A DNA stretch of 64,000 bases, from positions 1,024,001-1,088,000 of the forward strand of contig OY762940.1 of assembly GCA_963667255.1 (NCBI GenBank), written 5' to 3'. The DNA comes from Candidatus Cloacimonadota bacterium (GTDB lineage: Bacteria; Cloacimonadota; Cloacimonadia; G963667145). Both the position numbers and the translations under genes were made by a program. Position 1 is the first letter of the stretch, and each line of letters begins with the position of its first letter. Below the pieces are notes generated by a model. The model was not told the origin of the DNA. It saw only the letters and a list, made by a program, of their open reading frames with translations, and ran no database searches. Of this stretch, positions 50,920 through 60,828 are shown piece after piece.

Positions 50920-52074
50920 ATGACCAAAAACGAGGAATTACAGGCAATAGCCGAAGAGGTAGCGAAGAGGCAGAAATTTAGCCCTTATGCTTGCGATGGC
51001 TTGAAGATTGAGAGATTAAAAGAGGAGAGCGGACATTCTTTTCGTTCTCCTTTTGCTTTGGATAGAGACCGCATTCTCTACAGTGGTGCGTATCGGCGTT
51101 ATCAGGGGAAGACGCAGGTTTTTTCGTTCACAAATCAGTTTGATGAAGAGATGAGCAATCGCAATCTGCATACGACATATGTTTCGCAAATTTCCAGAAC
51201 GATAGCGAAAATGCTCGGCTTGAATCAAGAACTTACCGAGGCAATTGCTTTGGGACATGACCTCGGACACGCTCCTTTTGGACATGACGGAGAGAAGGCT
51301 CTGTCCAAATGCTCGCTGGAGTATGGTTTGGGCGAGTTTCATCACAATATTCAGTCCTTGTGGGTTGTGGACAAGATTGCCAAGAGAGGGCAAGGCTTGA
51401 ATTTGACTTTTGCGGTTCGTGATGGCATTGTCTCGCATGATGGGGAAGTGCATTCCGCAAAGTTGTTCCCCGACAGTAAGAAAGGCGAAGTTGAATTACA
51501 AAATTATGTAAATAGTAAAAATCTTGGCAAAAATCCTGAATTTATGCCTGCAACTATGGAGGGCTGTGTCGTGCGGATTGCGGACACGATAGCCTATATA
51601 GGTCAGGATGTGGAGGATGCGATAAGATACGGCTTAATCGCTCGCGAAGATTTGCCTACGGAAGTTGTGGAGCATCTCGGAGACAACAATTCCAAAATTG
51701 TCGATACGCTCATCAAGAGTGTGGTTCTCGGCTCATACGGGAAAAATTATGTTGCGTTCAGCGATAATACCGCCGATTATTTGTTGAGATTAAAGAAGTT
51801 TAACTACGATAAAATCTATTTTCAATCCGATAAAAATGTAAAAAGCAAAATTGAGTTTGGATTTAAAATATTGTTTGAGAAATATTTGGAAGATTTGCAA
51901 AAGAAGGATAAGAAATCTAAGATTTTTTGTCATTTTTTGGATAGCAAGGGTCGAGATTATTTGGACTCTGTCGAGAGCGAAGAAGACCCGAGAATTGTTT
52001 TAGATTTCATTTCCACGATGACAGACCGCTATTTCAATCAGGAACTAAAAGAGTATTTAATTCTCAGGAGTTAA
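50920..52074 (+). CDS. dgt: dGTP triphosphohydrolase-like HD-domain protein
   Basis: DRDRILYS, KTQV, GHDLGHAPFGHDGE, ADTIAY..QDVEDA and DFISTMTDRY motifs. Confidence 0.88.
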   Translation: MTKNEELQAIAEEVAKRQKFSPYACDGLKIERLKEESGHSFRSPFALDRDRILYSGAYRRYQGKTQVFSFTNQFDEEMSNRNLHTTYVSQISRTIAKMLGLNQELTEAIALGHDLGHAPFGHDGEKALSKCSLEYGLGEFHHNIQSLWVVDKIAKRGQGLNLTFAVRDGIVSHDGEVHSAKLFPDSKKGEVELQNYVNSKNLGKNPEFMPATMEGCVVRIADTIAYIGQDVEDAIRYGLIAREDLPTEVVEHLGDNNSKIVDTLIKSVVLGSYGKNYVAFSDNTADYLLRLKKFNYDKIYFQSDKNVKSKIEFGFKILFEKYLEDLQKKDKKSKIFCHFLDSKGRDYLDSVESEEDPRIVLDFISTMTDRYFNQELKEYLILRS

Positions 52075-52080
52075 CATTTT

Positions 52081-52785
52081 ATGCCAGAAAAGAAAGTAAT
52101 TAAGAACTTGCCGAAGCATGTGGCGATAATTATGGATGGAAACGGCAGATGGGCAAAGAAGCGGTTTTTACCTCGCAAACTTGGTCACAGAGCCGGAGCA
52201 GAGGCTGTTCGCAAGGCTGTGGAATACGCTGTGGAAGTTGGTCTTGAGTGCTTGACATTGTATGCATTTTCTTCGGAAAATTGGAAAAGACCCAAAGATG
52301 AAGTCGATTCTCTGATGCGATTGTTGCTTGATTTTTTGCATAAAGAGCTGTCCAATCTACTAGAGAAAAACATAATTTTGAAAATCATCGGTGATTTGTC
52401 AGGTTTCCCGGAGGATTTGCGAGAAAAGTTGGCTGAGGCTCAAAATAAAACGATAGAGAATAACGGGACAACTCTTTGCATAGCTTTGGGTTACGGTGGA
52501 CAGGATGAGATACTCACGGCTGTGAACAATCTGATAGAGTCGGGCGTGAAAAAGATTACCAAGGAGAATTTGGAGAGCAGTCTATACACTTTTGGACTGC
52601 CGCCTTTGGATTTATTGATTAGGACAAGCGGAGAGCAAAGAATTTCCAATTTTTTGCTGTGGCAGGTTGCCTATAGCGAATTTTGGTTTACATCCGTGCT
52701 GTGGCCTGATTTTGACAAAAAAGAGTTTGAGAAGGCTCTTATTGATTTTGGTAAAAGACAACGAAGATATGGAGATGTGGAGTGA
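52081..52785 (+). CDS. uppS: Undecaprenyl diphosphate synthase
   Basis: HVAIIMDGNGRWA, YAFSSENWKRP and IRTSGEQRISNFLLWQ motifs. Confidence 0.97.
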   Translation: MPEKKVIKNLPKHVAIIMDGNGRWAKKRFLPRKLGHRAGAEAVRKAVEYAVEVGLECLTLYAFSSENWKRPKDEVDSLMRLLLDFLHKELSNLLEKNIILKIIGDLSGFPEDLREKLAEAQNKTIENNGTTLCIALGYGGQDEILTAVNNLIESGVKKITKENLESSLYTFGLPPLDLLIRTSGEQRISNFLLWQVAYSEFWFTSVLWPDFDKKEFEKALIDFGKRQRRYGDVE

Positions 52786-53582
52786 ATAATTTTTTAAAGA
52801 GGGTTCTTTTTGCAATAGTCGGGATACCGGTTTTCTTATTTTTGCTTTATAAGGGAGGCTACTTTTTGCTCTCTTTATTGGGAATTTTGGTTTTGTTGGG
52901 GAGTTTGGAATTTATAGCTATGGTCAAAAACAAAGGCATAATTATTCCAAAATTTACAATATTTATAAATCTGCTTATTTTTGTAAGTTTTGCACTATCC
53001 TACTATTTTTGGACTTTGTTGCTTTTTTTATATTTGTTTATTTTTCTCGCAATTTACAATATGACCCGCGAATTGTCGGGAGGAGTTCTAAGGATTTCTT
53101 GTGGAATTTTGAGTGCTTTGTATATTGCTTTCTTTTTGGGATGTGCCTACAAGATTTGGGCTATTGAGAGTATGCTGATTATTTGCGTCTTGGTTTTGGT
53201 GTGGGTTACAGATACTTTTGCTTACCTGATAGGAATGAGTTTGGGGCAGCATCGTGGATTTATCAAAGCGAGTCCGAAAAAGTCTTTGGAAGGATTTCTG
53301 GGCGGATTTTGCTTTTGCATTTTTTCAGGATACCTATTTAGTATTTTTTGTTTTAACTCGGAGCAAAATTTTATCCTCATTATCTCAGTGGCAATTGGTA
53401 TCATCGCTCAACTCGGAGATGTAGTGGCGTCCAGTTTCAAAAGAGATTGCCAAGTGAAAGACAGCGGAAATCTTTTGCCCGGTCATGGCGGAGTGATAGA
53501 TAGGTTCGACAGCTTGCTTTTGGTGGCTCCTGTGGTGTATCTGATAGCGATTTGGTATTACGGAATAGTTCAGATTTTTTGA
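52782..53582 (+). CDS. cdsA: Phosphatidate cytidylyltransferase
   Basis: DTFAY, SPKKSLEG and KR...KDSGNLLPGHGGVIDRFDS motifs. Confidence 0.95.
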   Translation: MNNFLKRVLFAIVGIPVFLFLLYKGGYFLLSLLGILVLLGSLEFIAMVKNKGIIIPKFTIFINLLIFVSFALSYYFWTLLLFLYLFIFLAIYNMTRELSGGVLRISCGILSALYIAFFLGCAYKIWAIESMLIICVLVLVWVTDTFAYLIGMSLGQHRGFIKASPKKSLEGFLGGFCFCIFSGYLFSIFCFNSEQNFILIISVAIGIIAQLGDVVASSFKRDCQVKDSGNLLPGHGGVIDRFDSLLLVAPVVYLIAIWYYGIVQIF

Positions 53583-53599
53583 GTTTTCATTGGGAATAG

Positions 53600-54367
53600 A
53601 TGCATAGATTTAAGAAGCGGTTCGGTCAGCATTTTTTGCGGGATGTGACTGTGATTGATAAGATTGTGGCAAGCACCGATTTGTCTCCAAACGATGAGGT
53701 GTGGGAAGTCGGAGGTGGAGAAGGTGTTTTGACCGAGGCTCTTTTGAAATTTGGGGTCAATCTTACGGTTTTTGAAATTGATTACGATTTGCAGGGAGTT
53801 CTTGAGGAGAAGTTTGCGGATAAAATTAGCCTAGTAAAATCTGATGTGTTGAAGCAAAATTGGGATGAGATTTTATCGGAAAGGGTCAAAGTGGTGGCAA
53901 ATTTGCCGTATAATATCACTTCGCCGTTTTTGTTTAAGGTTATCAAAAATATCGATTATTTTTCCTCTTTGACCGTAATGATACAAAAAGAGGTGGCACA
54001 GCGGATTGTCGCAGCCCCGGGAGATAAAAAATACGGAAGGCTGAGCTTGAAAATGCAGTTTTATTTTGAGGTTAAGAAACTTTTTGATGTTCCCAGTGGC
54101 TCTTTTTATCCTCCTCCCAAGGTCGATTCCAGTGTGATTAGGGCTGTGCCGAGAGCGAATAGACCAAAAGTAGTGGATTTGGATTTGTATATGAAAATCG
54201 TTGATTTGGCTTTCTCCAATAGACGAAAGATGCTACGGGTTAATTTGAAGCCTTTGCTAAGCAAAGAGCAAATCCAAAAGTTAGATTTCGATTTGACCTT
54301 GCGTGGTGAAAAGCTGTCGGAAAACGATTTCGTCGAGCTTACGCGACAAGTTAAGCAGGTGTTGTAA
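53600..54367 (+). CDS. rsmA: 16S rRNA adenine dimethyltransferase
   Basis: KKRFGQHFL, EVGGGEG, EID, ANLPYNIT, MIQKEVA, FYPPPKVDS and RRKML motifs. Confidence 0.96.
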   Translation: MHRFKKRFGQHFLRDVTVIDKIVASTDLSPNDEVWEVGGGEGVLTEALLKFGVNLTVFEIDYDLQGVLEEKFADKISLVKSDVLKQNWDEILSERVKVVANLPYNITSPFLFKVIKNIDYFSSLTVMIQKEVAQRIVAAPGDKKYGRLSLKMQFYFEVKKLFDVPSGSFYPPPKVDSSVIRAVPRANRPKVVDLDLYMKIVDLAFSNRRKMLRVNLKPLLSKEQIQKLDFDLTLRGEKLSENDFVELTRQVKQVL

Positions 54368-54386
54368 TTTTTATAGGAGAGATAAG

Positions 54387-57197
54387 ATGAAAAAAGTTGT
54401 TTTTGCTGTTTTTATTTTTTCATTTTTTATGTTATTTGCGGGTCAAAAGCAAGATTTGCAATTTATCTTGGGTCTTTGTTCCGACAAAAATTATTCGTTG
54501 GCTAAAACGGAAATCTTGAAGTTTTTGCAAAAATACCCCGATGGTCAGTATAAGCAAAAAGCGATTTATTTATTAGCAGAGGTCTATTATAATTCCAAAG
54601 AGTATGACAAAGCGTTGCAAAGATACGAAGAAGCGGAGAAACTCTTACCGGAATACAACGACAAAATCGTTTTGGGTAGAGCGAAATGTTATTACAATTT
54701 GGGAGAACTTTCCAAGGCGAAAGTGCTTTTGGACGGCTACTCTTACAAGGACAATTTGGAGCAAGTCTATTATTTTCTGTCGCTCATAGCCTACAATCGT
54801 GACGACTTCATTCAGAGTGTTATTCAGAGTAAAAGTTCCTTAGATGCCAAACAAACAGGCTATGCCAGAGTGCAATTGATTTTGAGTTATTTGGCTCTGG
54901 ACAAGCCGGAACAAGCCGCAGAAGAGTTGAACGGCTCCATTCAGGATAAGGAATACGGGCAAAATCTTTTGAACTATCTGTCTTATCTTTTGGGGAAGAA
55001 GCAACACCAAAAGATTGTGGAGCTGAAAGTTGATGAAAGCAAATTGACTCCCAAAGTCTTGGAAAATTACAAAACGATTTTGGGGATTGCCAATTACAAT
55101 TTGAAAAAATATACGGAATCACTTGGGATTTTGCAAAATTTGGAAAATCCCAACGCCAAGTTTTACAAAGCGTTAGTGTATTTGGCTCAAGGAGAGAACG
55201 AGAAGGCGAAAGAGATTTTCTCTGTTTTGAAAAATTCCACAAATCAAGAGATAGAGGCTAACAGCAGTTTCTATTTGGCAAAAATGAAGTCGGAAACTTC
55301 GCCGATGAACGCTATTTACGATTTGAAAAATTTTGTGCAAGCACATCCGTCCCACGAATTTTCCGGTTCAGCTTTTTATCTAATCGGTTGGAACTATTTT
55401 AAACTGAACAAGTTTGTAAAATCAGAATTTTATCTCAAAAAATCTTTGTCGTTTCAGTTGGATAAGCAAATGAGTTCCGACGCAATTTTCTTGTGTGGCG
55501 AGAGTCTGTTTGCTCAGGATAAGCTGCAGGAATCTTTGAAATTTTATCAAGATTATTTGGATGAAAAATCAGGAAACAAATCGTTTGCCGACCAAGCTTA
55601 TTACAAAATAGGTGTAGCTAATTATCGATTGGAAAAAAGCTCTGTGGCTCAAGACAAATTTAAGGCTGTTATAAATCTTTTCCCTAATTCTCTCAAACTT
55701 GCTAGCAGTTATTTTTATCTTGGAGAAATTGAGTTCCAAAACAAAAATTACAAACAAGCCAAAGCGTATTTTTTGCAGTCAATTGGGAAAGAGAAATCGG
55801 AAAGCACCTATTCCCGCTTGGCAGCTACTTGTTACAAATTAGGCGAATTGACGGAATCTTCCGAGTATTTGACAAAAGTGAAAAATGTTAACTTATACGA
55901 AAAATTTCTTTTGGAAGGAGATATTTTCTTTAGTAAACAAAATTTGAATTTGGCACTGGAAAGCTATAACAAGGCTCTGACGGCGAAAAATGCCGATAAG
56001 ACGGAGATAATGGTTAGGATTGCTTCTGTTTACTACAACGGGCAAGATTACGAAAAAGCGTTGCAGATTTATCAAGATTTATACAAAGATAGCCACGATG
56101 TTGATTATTTGTTGAACATTGCCAACATCTATTTTGCCAAGGAAGATTATAAAAATGCCGTGAAGTTTTTCATCTCTTATAAGGAAAAAAGCAAAAGCAC
56201 TTCTCCCGACCTTCTTTTTTCGATAGCGAATTGCTATTATAACGAAGGCGATTATCGTCAGTCGGTTGTTTATTACAAAAGCGTAATCTATCCGCAAAGC
56301 AAATTTTTGCAAGAGGCTTTGGACGGTTTGGTTTGGGCAGGTTCGTGTGATTCTGCGATTGCGGTCGAGAGCGAGCTTAATCAATTGTTTGCCAAATATT
56401 CGGATAACTCTTTCAAATCCGATATAATGATGAAAAAAATAAACTATTTTCAAAATCAGCAAAATCCAACTAAGACCGTAGATGCCTGTAAGGAGTTTTT
56501 GTCCGTTAAGCCACAAGATTTGCAGGTTAATTTGATTCTGTCAAAAAATTATGCTTTGTTGGGCGAATACAAAAAAGCGGATAATGTCCTGAGTGTGTGC
56601 AAGACGGATGATCCGGAAGTGATACTTAGTTGGGCGAAGTTGAAATTGAAGCAAAACGATACTTTGGGTGCTCTTGAGAAATTGCAAAAAGGTGCACTTT
56701 CCGCTAAAAATCAGCCGATTTGGTTGGAATATTTGAGGCTTCTGTCGCTAAAAGTCAGTCCGATTTTTGAGAGCAAATTTGCTGAGTTCTCTTCGTTTGC
56801 AAACCAAGTCTATTTGCAACAGGCGAAGATTTATAAGGTTGACTATCTGATACGAAGCAAAGATTATCCGAAAGCGACCGTTTTGGTCAATGAGTTGCGA
56901 GGCAGTAAATATGAGGAAATTGTCAGTAAAGCGGGTTATTTTTTGGGACTGATTTATTACGAACAGCAACAGTATAAAGAGGCTGTGATTGAGTTTTTGA
57001 AAACCGTTTACCTCTTTCCCGATAGGCAAGATTTGGCTTTGCAGGCTAATGTGAAAGCGATTTATTGCTACTATTATCTCAAAGACCCGTCAAGAGCAAC
57101 AATCATATATGATAAAATTAAAAATAACTTGACTGAAAAAATGGCGAAAGAGATTGCCTTTATGTTGGGGGTGACTTATGAGAAAGATAATATTTAG
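54387..57197 (+). CDS. Large secreted tetratricopeptide repeat protein
   Basis: AGGAG RBS and signal peptide at ATG 54387 (ORF track starts at 54303); TPRs throughout. Confidence 0.85.
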   Translation: MKKVVFAVFIFSFFMLFAGQKQDLQFILGLCSDKNYSLAKTEILKFLQKYPDGQYKQKAIYLLAEVYYNSKEYDKALQRYEEAEKLLPEYNDKIVLGRAKCYYNLGELSKAKVLLDGYSYKDNLEQVYYFLSLIAYNRDDFIQSVIQSKSSLDAKQTGYARVQLILSYLALDKPEQAAEELNGSIQDKEYGQNLLNYLSYLLGKKQHQKIVELKVDESKLTPKVLENYKTILGIANYNLKKYTESLGILQNLENPNAKFYKALVYLAQGENEKAKEIFSVLKNSTNQEIEANSSFYLAKMKSETSPMNAIYDLKNFVQAHPSHEFSGSAFYLIGWNYFKLNKFVKSEFYLKKSLSFQLDKQMSSDAIFLCGESLFAQDKLQESLKFYQDYLDEKSGNKSFADQAYYKIGVANYRLEKSSVAQDKFKAVINLFPNSLKLASSYFYLGEIEFQNKNYKQAKAYFLQSIGKEKSESTYSRLAATCYKLGELTESSEYLTKVKNVNLYEKFLLEGDIFFSKQNLNLALESYNKALTAKNADKTEIMVRIASVYYNGQDYEKALQIYQDLYKDSHDVDYLLNIANIYFAKEDYKNAVKFFISYKEKSKSTSPDLLFSIANCYYNEGDYRQSVVYYKSVIYPQSKFLQEALDGLVWAGSCDSAIAVESELNQLFAKYSDNSFKSDIMMKKINYFQNQQNPTKTVDACKEFLSVKPQDLQVNLILSKNYALLGEYKKADNVLSVCKTDDPEVILSWAKLKLKQNDTLGALEKLQKGALSAKNQPIWLEYLRLLSLKVSPIFESKFAEFSSFANQVYLQQAKIYKVDYLIRSKDYPKATVLVNELRGSKYEEIVSKAGYFLGLIYYEQQQYKEAVIEFLKTVYLFPDRQDLALQANVKAIYCYYYLKDPSRATIIYDKIKNNLTEKMAKEIAFMLGVTYEKDNI

Positions 57198-57882
57198 TTT
57201 ATTTTTTATCTGTTTTTCTTGTTTGTTGTTTGCTCAAATCTCTTCGAGCAAAGCGAGTGAGTATTATACTCAAAAAAAATATCAGGCTGCATTGCAGGAA
57301 TATTTCAACTTGCCGGAAAATGCCGATACTTACTACAATATCGGTAATTGCTATTACAAATTGGGAGATTATGGGAAAGCTATTCTTTTCTATCATCGTG
57401 CGTTAAGACTAAATCCCAATTCTTGGCAGATTTTGAAAAATCTACAAATTGCCGAGAAAACCCTTTTGGATAAGCCTGTTGAGTTGACCAAAATGGAAAA
57501 ATTGTGGGAGCAAGCGGATAGGCTCTTGTCACTAAATGCGTTGGCTTTGCTTATCTTGGCTTTGCTGTTCATTATGTGTGTTTTTTGGATAGTTGCGGTT
57601 TACAAGCCTCGCATCAGATATTTGTCGTTTCTTTCGCTTTTGGTTTGCTTGGCTTTTGGATATTTTGCGTTTCAAAAGCACGAAGCGATGAAATCTGAGG
57701 CAGTTTTGATTGCCGATGAGGCTACGGGGTATAGTGGTCCTGCGGAAGATTTTAAGACTGTTTTCACTATTCACGAAGGCAATTTTTTCACGGTGCTTGA
57801 GCAAGATGGTCTTTGGAGCAAAATCAAGCTGAAACAAGGGTTTGTAGCTTGGATTAAATCGGAAAATTTAGAAAAAATATAA
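57178..57882 (+). CDS. BatE-like TPR + TM + SH3 protein
   Basis: YYNIGNCYYKLGDYGKAILFYHRALRLNP, two TMs, then SGP...F.IHEG...WSKIKL..G..AWI (SH3b). Confidence 0.82.
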   Translation: MRKIIFSLFFICFSCLLFAQISSSKASEYYTQKKYQAALQEYFNLPENADTYYNIGNCYYKLGDYGKAILFYHRALRLNPNSWQILKNLQIAEKTLLDKPVELTKMEKLWEQADRLLSLNALALLILALLFIMCVFWIVAVYKPRIRYLSFLSLLVCLAFGYFAFQKHEAMKSEAVLIADEATGYSGPAEDFKTVFTIHEGNFFTVLEQDGLWSKIKLKQGFVAWIKSENLEKI

Positions 57883-57902
57883 ATAGTTTAAAGGAGATTC
57901 AG

Positions 57903-59141
57903 ATGGCAAAAATTAGAGGAATTAGGGGATTGCGTCCAGCGTTGGATAAGGTGGATAAGGTAGCTTCAAGACCTTATGATGTGCTCAATTCTGCTGAAGC
58001 GAGGGTAGAGGCAAAGGGCAACCCTTATAGTTTTTTGCATGTGGTCAAACCGGAGATAGATTTGCCGGAAAGTGTTGATTTGTATTCCGACGAGGTTTAT
58101 CGAAAAGGGAAAGAAAATCTTTATCGTTTTTACGAAGAAGGCGTATTTGTCAGAGATGAGAAGCCCACGATGTATGTTTACAAGCTTGTTTGGAAAAGCG
58201 TTTGCCAAATTGGCTTGGTGGTAGGTGCATCTGTGGAAGATTATGAAAACGACATTATCAAAAAGCACGAGAAAACCCGTTCTGACAAAGAAGCTGACAG
58301 AGTAAAACATGTTGAGACGCAAAACGCTAACGCTGGACCGATTTTTTTGACTTATCGTGACAAGGCTGAAATTGACAAAATTATCAATAAAGAGATGGAG
58401 AGTGCACCTTTATACGATTTTGACTGTGGCGATGGCGTGCAACACACTCTTTGGAAAATTTCTGACGATGGAGTCATCGCAAAGTTAAAAAGTGAATTTG
58501 CCAAGATAGACTATTTGTATGTAGCAGACGGACATCATCGCTCCGCCAGTGCCGCTATAGTTGGCAAACGCAAAAGGGACGCTAATCCCAATCATACAGG
58601 TGATGAAGGTTACAATTTCTTTTTGTCCGTTTTGTTCCCTGCATCTCATTTGTATATAATGGATTATAACAGAATTGTGCAAGATTTGAATGGCTATTCT
58701 GTTGACGAGTTTTTGTCCAAAGTGAAAGAGAAATTTGTAGTGGAGAAACTTTCAGGTGAACAAAAACCGAGCAAAATGCACGAATTTTCTATGTATTTGG
58801 CAGGAAGTTGGTATAAGCTCACAGCCCAAGCGGAGATAATTGACAATAGCAGTGTTATAGGTGTTTTGGACACTTCTATCTTGCAGGATAATCTTTTGGA
58901 GCCTCTGTTGGACATCCAAGACCCCAAGACTAGTAAGCGAATCGATTTTGTCGGTGGCATCAGAGGTTTGGGAGAACTCTCCAAGAGAGTTGACAATGGC
59001 GAGGCAGTTGCTTTCGCTTTATATCCTACTTCTATCAAGCAACTTATGGATATTGCCGATGCAGGCAAAATAATGCCTCCTAAATCTACTTGGTTTGAGC
59101 CGAAACTCAGATCAGGTTTGGTGGTAAATCTTTTAGATTAA
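57903..59141 (+). CDS. DUF1015 family protein
   Basis: PYDV, IKKHEKTR, YVADGHHRSA, IDFVGGIRG and MPPKSTWFEPKLRSGL motifs. Confidence 0.93.
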   Translation: MAKIRGIRGLRPALDKVDKVASRPYDVLNSAEARVEAKGNPYSFLHVVKPEIDLPESVDLYSDEVYRKGKENLYRFYEEGVFVRDEKPTMYVYKLVWKSVCQIGLVVGASVEDYENDIIKKHEKTRSDKEADRVKHVETQNANAGPIFLTYRDKAEIDKIINKEMESAPLYDFDCGDGVQHTLWKISDDGVIAKLKSEFAKIDYLYVADGHHRSASAAIVGKRKRDANPNHTGDEGYNFFLSVLFPASHLYIMDYNRIVQDLNGYSVDEFLSKVKEKFVVEKLSGEQKPSKMHEFSMYLAGSWYKLTAQAEIIDNSSVIGVLDTSILQDNLLEPLLDIQDPKTSKRIDFVGGIRGLGELSKRVDNGEAVAFALYPTSIKQLMDIADAGKIMPPKSTWFEPKLRSGLVVNLLD

Positions 59142-59161
59142 ATTTGGAATGTTTATTTTTC

Positions 59162-59200
59162 ACGCCTTGACGATTTGGTTCGGCAGGGCGTTGTTTTTTT
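59162..59200 (+). terminator. Intrinsic terminator after the DUF1015 gene
   Basis: Stem ACGCCTTG / CAGGGCGT with an inner CGA/TCG stem, followed by TGTTTTTTT. Confidence 0.65.
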
Positions 59201-59213
59201 GGAGAGTTGGAGA

Positions 59214-59831
59214 ATGAATATAATTTTTGATTATTTAGGACTTGCTGGAGCGTTTGTTATGGCTGTCTCTGGGACTTTGACGGCGATGCAGAAGAGGTTT
59301 GATATTTTTGGCATCGTTATTATCGCTTTTGTTACAGCAGTCGGTGGAGGAACTCTCAGGGATATGCTAATCAATGGTAGGTCTGTTTTTTGGTTGCACG
59401 ATTTACTTTATATTTATGCCATTTTTGCGGGGACGATTTTTGCCATTATTTTCAGAAATTATTTGAGTTATCTTCGACAAACTTTTTTGGTCTTTGATGC
59501 CGCAGGATTGGCACTTTTTACCATTTTGGGTGTTCAGATAGGAATTGATTTTAGCTTAGATTTTTTGGTTTGCATCATTTTGGGAACTGTTACGGGAGCA
59601 TTTGGAGGGATTTTGCGGGACATTTTTGTTGGCGATGTTCCTATCATTTTCAAGCAAGAAATTTATGCCACCATTTCTATACTGGGAGGAGCGTTCTTTT
59701 ATCTGCTCGATAGTTATTGTGATTTGGTGTATTTGACCAAAATTTTACCCATAATTTTCATTATAGTCAGCAGAGTGATTGTGGTGCGTTACAAAATACA
59801 TCTTCCGTGTTTTACTCTAAAGGAAAAATGA
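59214..59831 (+). CDS. Trimeric intracellular cation channel family protein (YadS/UPF0126)
   Basis: AVSG, DIFG..TAVGGGTLRD, DAAGL, TGAFGGILRD and EIYA motifs. ATG 59214 lies after the hairpin. Confidence 0.93.
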   Translation: MNIIFDYLGLAGAFVMAVSGTLTAMQKRFDIFGIVIIAFVTAVGGGTLRDMLINGRSVFWLHDLLYIYAIFAGTIFAIIFRNYLSYLRQTFLVFDAAGLALFTILGVQIGIDFSLDFLVCIILGTVTGAFGGILRDIFVGDVPIIFKQEIYATISILGGAFFYLLDSYCDLVYLTKILPIIFIIVSRVIVVRYKIHLPCFTLKEK

Positions 59832-59849
59832 TTGTGGTTTCATATCAAT

Positions 59850-59877
59850 AAAAAAAGAGCCGATTTTCGGCTCTTTT
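59850..59877. terminator. Bidirectional intrinsic terminator
   Basis: AAAAGAGCCGA-TTT-TCGGCTCTTTT perfect hairpin between convergent genes. Confidence 0.85.
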
Positions 59878-59894
59878 AGTTGTCTAAAACTTAA

Positions 59895-60827
59895 TTAGTC
59901 TCTATTTTCTCTAAAATAAGGTATTCCCAAAGATTTTGGAGTTTGGGAAATTCTCCCTCTCAGGTTAACATAAAGCAAGAAAACTATAGTCGCAAGATAG
60001 GGAATAGTGTTCAAAAGGAAAGTCGGCACATGAAATCCCATCGCTTGAAGTCGTGGTTGCATAGCTTCCAAAATTCCGAAAAGGAAAGCCCCGCCGAAAG
60101 CGTAATAAGGATTCCAGTTGGCGAAAATAACCAAAGCGATAACAATCCAACCTTTCCCCGAGGTCATCTTTTCCACCCAAAACGGAGTGTAGCAAAGGGA
60201 AAGATATGCTCCGGCAATACCTGCCAAAAATCCTCCGAAAATAGTGCAAAGATATCTGATTTTAATAACATGTATTCCCATGATTTCGCTGGCGAGAGGC
60301 TCTTCTCCTGCGGATTTTACGCCGAGTCCGTATTTGGTTTTGTTGAGGAAAATCCAAGCACAAATCACCAAAACATAGCTAAGGTAAACCAAAATATTTT
60401 GGTCAAAAAATACCAGTCCGATAAGTGGAATTTTGGACAAAAGAGGAATGGCAAGATTGGGAAGATGATGAGACAGAGATTTGCCGATTAGCTCTTCACC
60501 CAACATAGCACTAAGCCCTGTGCCAAAAGTGGTTAAAGCAATTCCAGTTACATATTGGTTTGTTCTCAGAGTGATGGTCAAAAAAGCGAAAATCAAAGAG
60601 AGTAACAAACCTACAACTCCCGCTAAAAGTATTCCGAGAGCAATGCTATTGTAGTGAAAGGCTGTTCCAAACCCGACACATGCTCCCATAAGCATCATTC
60701 CTTCTATACCAAGGTTACAAATTCCGGATTTCTCCGTGATAATTTCCCCGATAGTGGCGAACAGGACAACCGTGCCACTGGCGACACCTGTAATCAATAT
60801 AGATTGTAAAACTGTATACCAACTCAT
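59895..60827 (-). CDS. Nucleoside/simple-sugar ABC transporter permease
   Basis: EKSGICNLGIEG, ANWNP and PYL.T...PKSLG motifs. Confidence 0.92.
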   Translation of the reverse strand: MSWYTVLQSILITGVASGTVVLFATIGEIITEKSGICNLGIEGMMLMGACVGFGTAFHYNSIALGILLAGVVGLLLSLIFAFLTITLRTNQYVTGIALTTFGTGLSAMLGEELIGKSLSHHLPNLAIPLLSKIPLIGLVFFDQNILVYLSYVLVICAWIFLNKTKYGLGVKSAGEEPLASEIMGIHVIKIRYLCTIFGGFLAGIAGAYLSLCYTPFWVEKMTSGKGWIVIALVIFANWNPYYAFGGAFLFGILEAMQPRLQAMGFHVPTFLLNTIPYLATIVFLLYVNLRGRISQTPKSLGIPYFRENRD

Positions 60828-60828
60828 A

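Noticed and set aside
50920..52074. dGTPase as an antiphage defence system
   Set aside because: It is embedded in a housekeeping operon with no defence or mobile genes nearby.
54303..54386. Upstream starts in the ORF track (54303; also 59175, 29185, 31537, 34743, 27053)
   Set aside because: They overlap upstream genes, terminators or promoter-like hexamers. Downstream ATGs have a better RBS, signal peptide or translational coupling.
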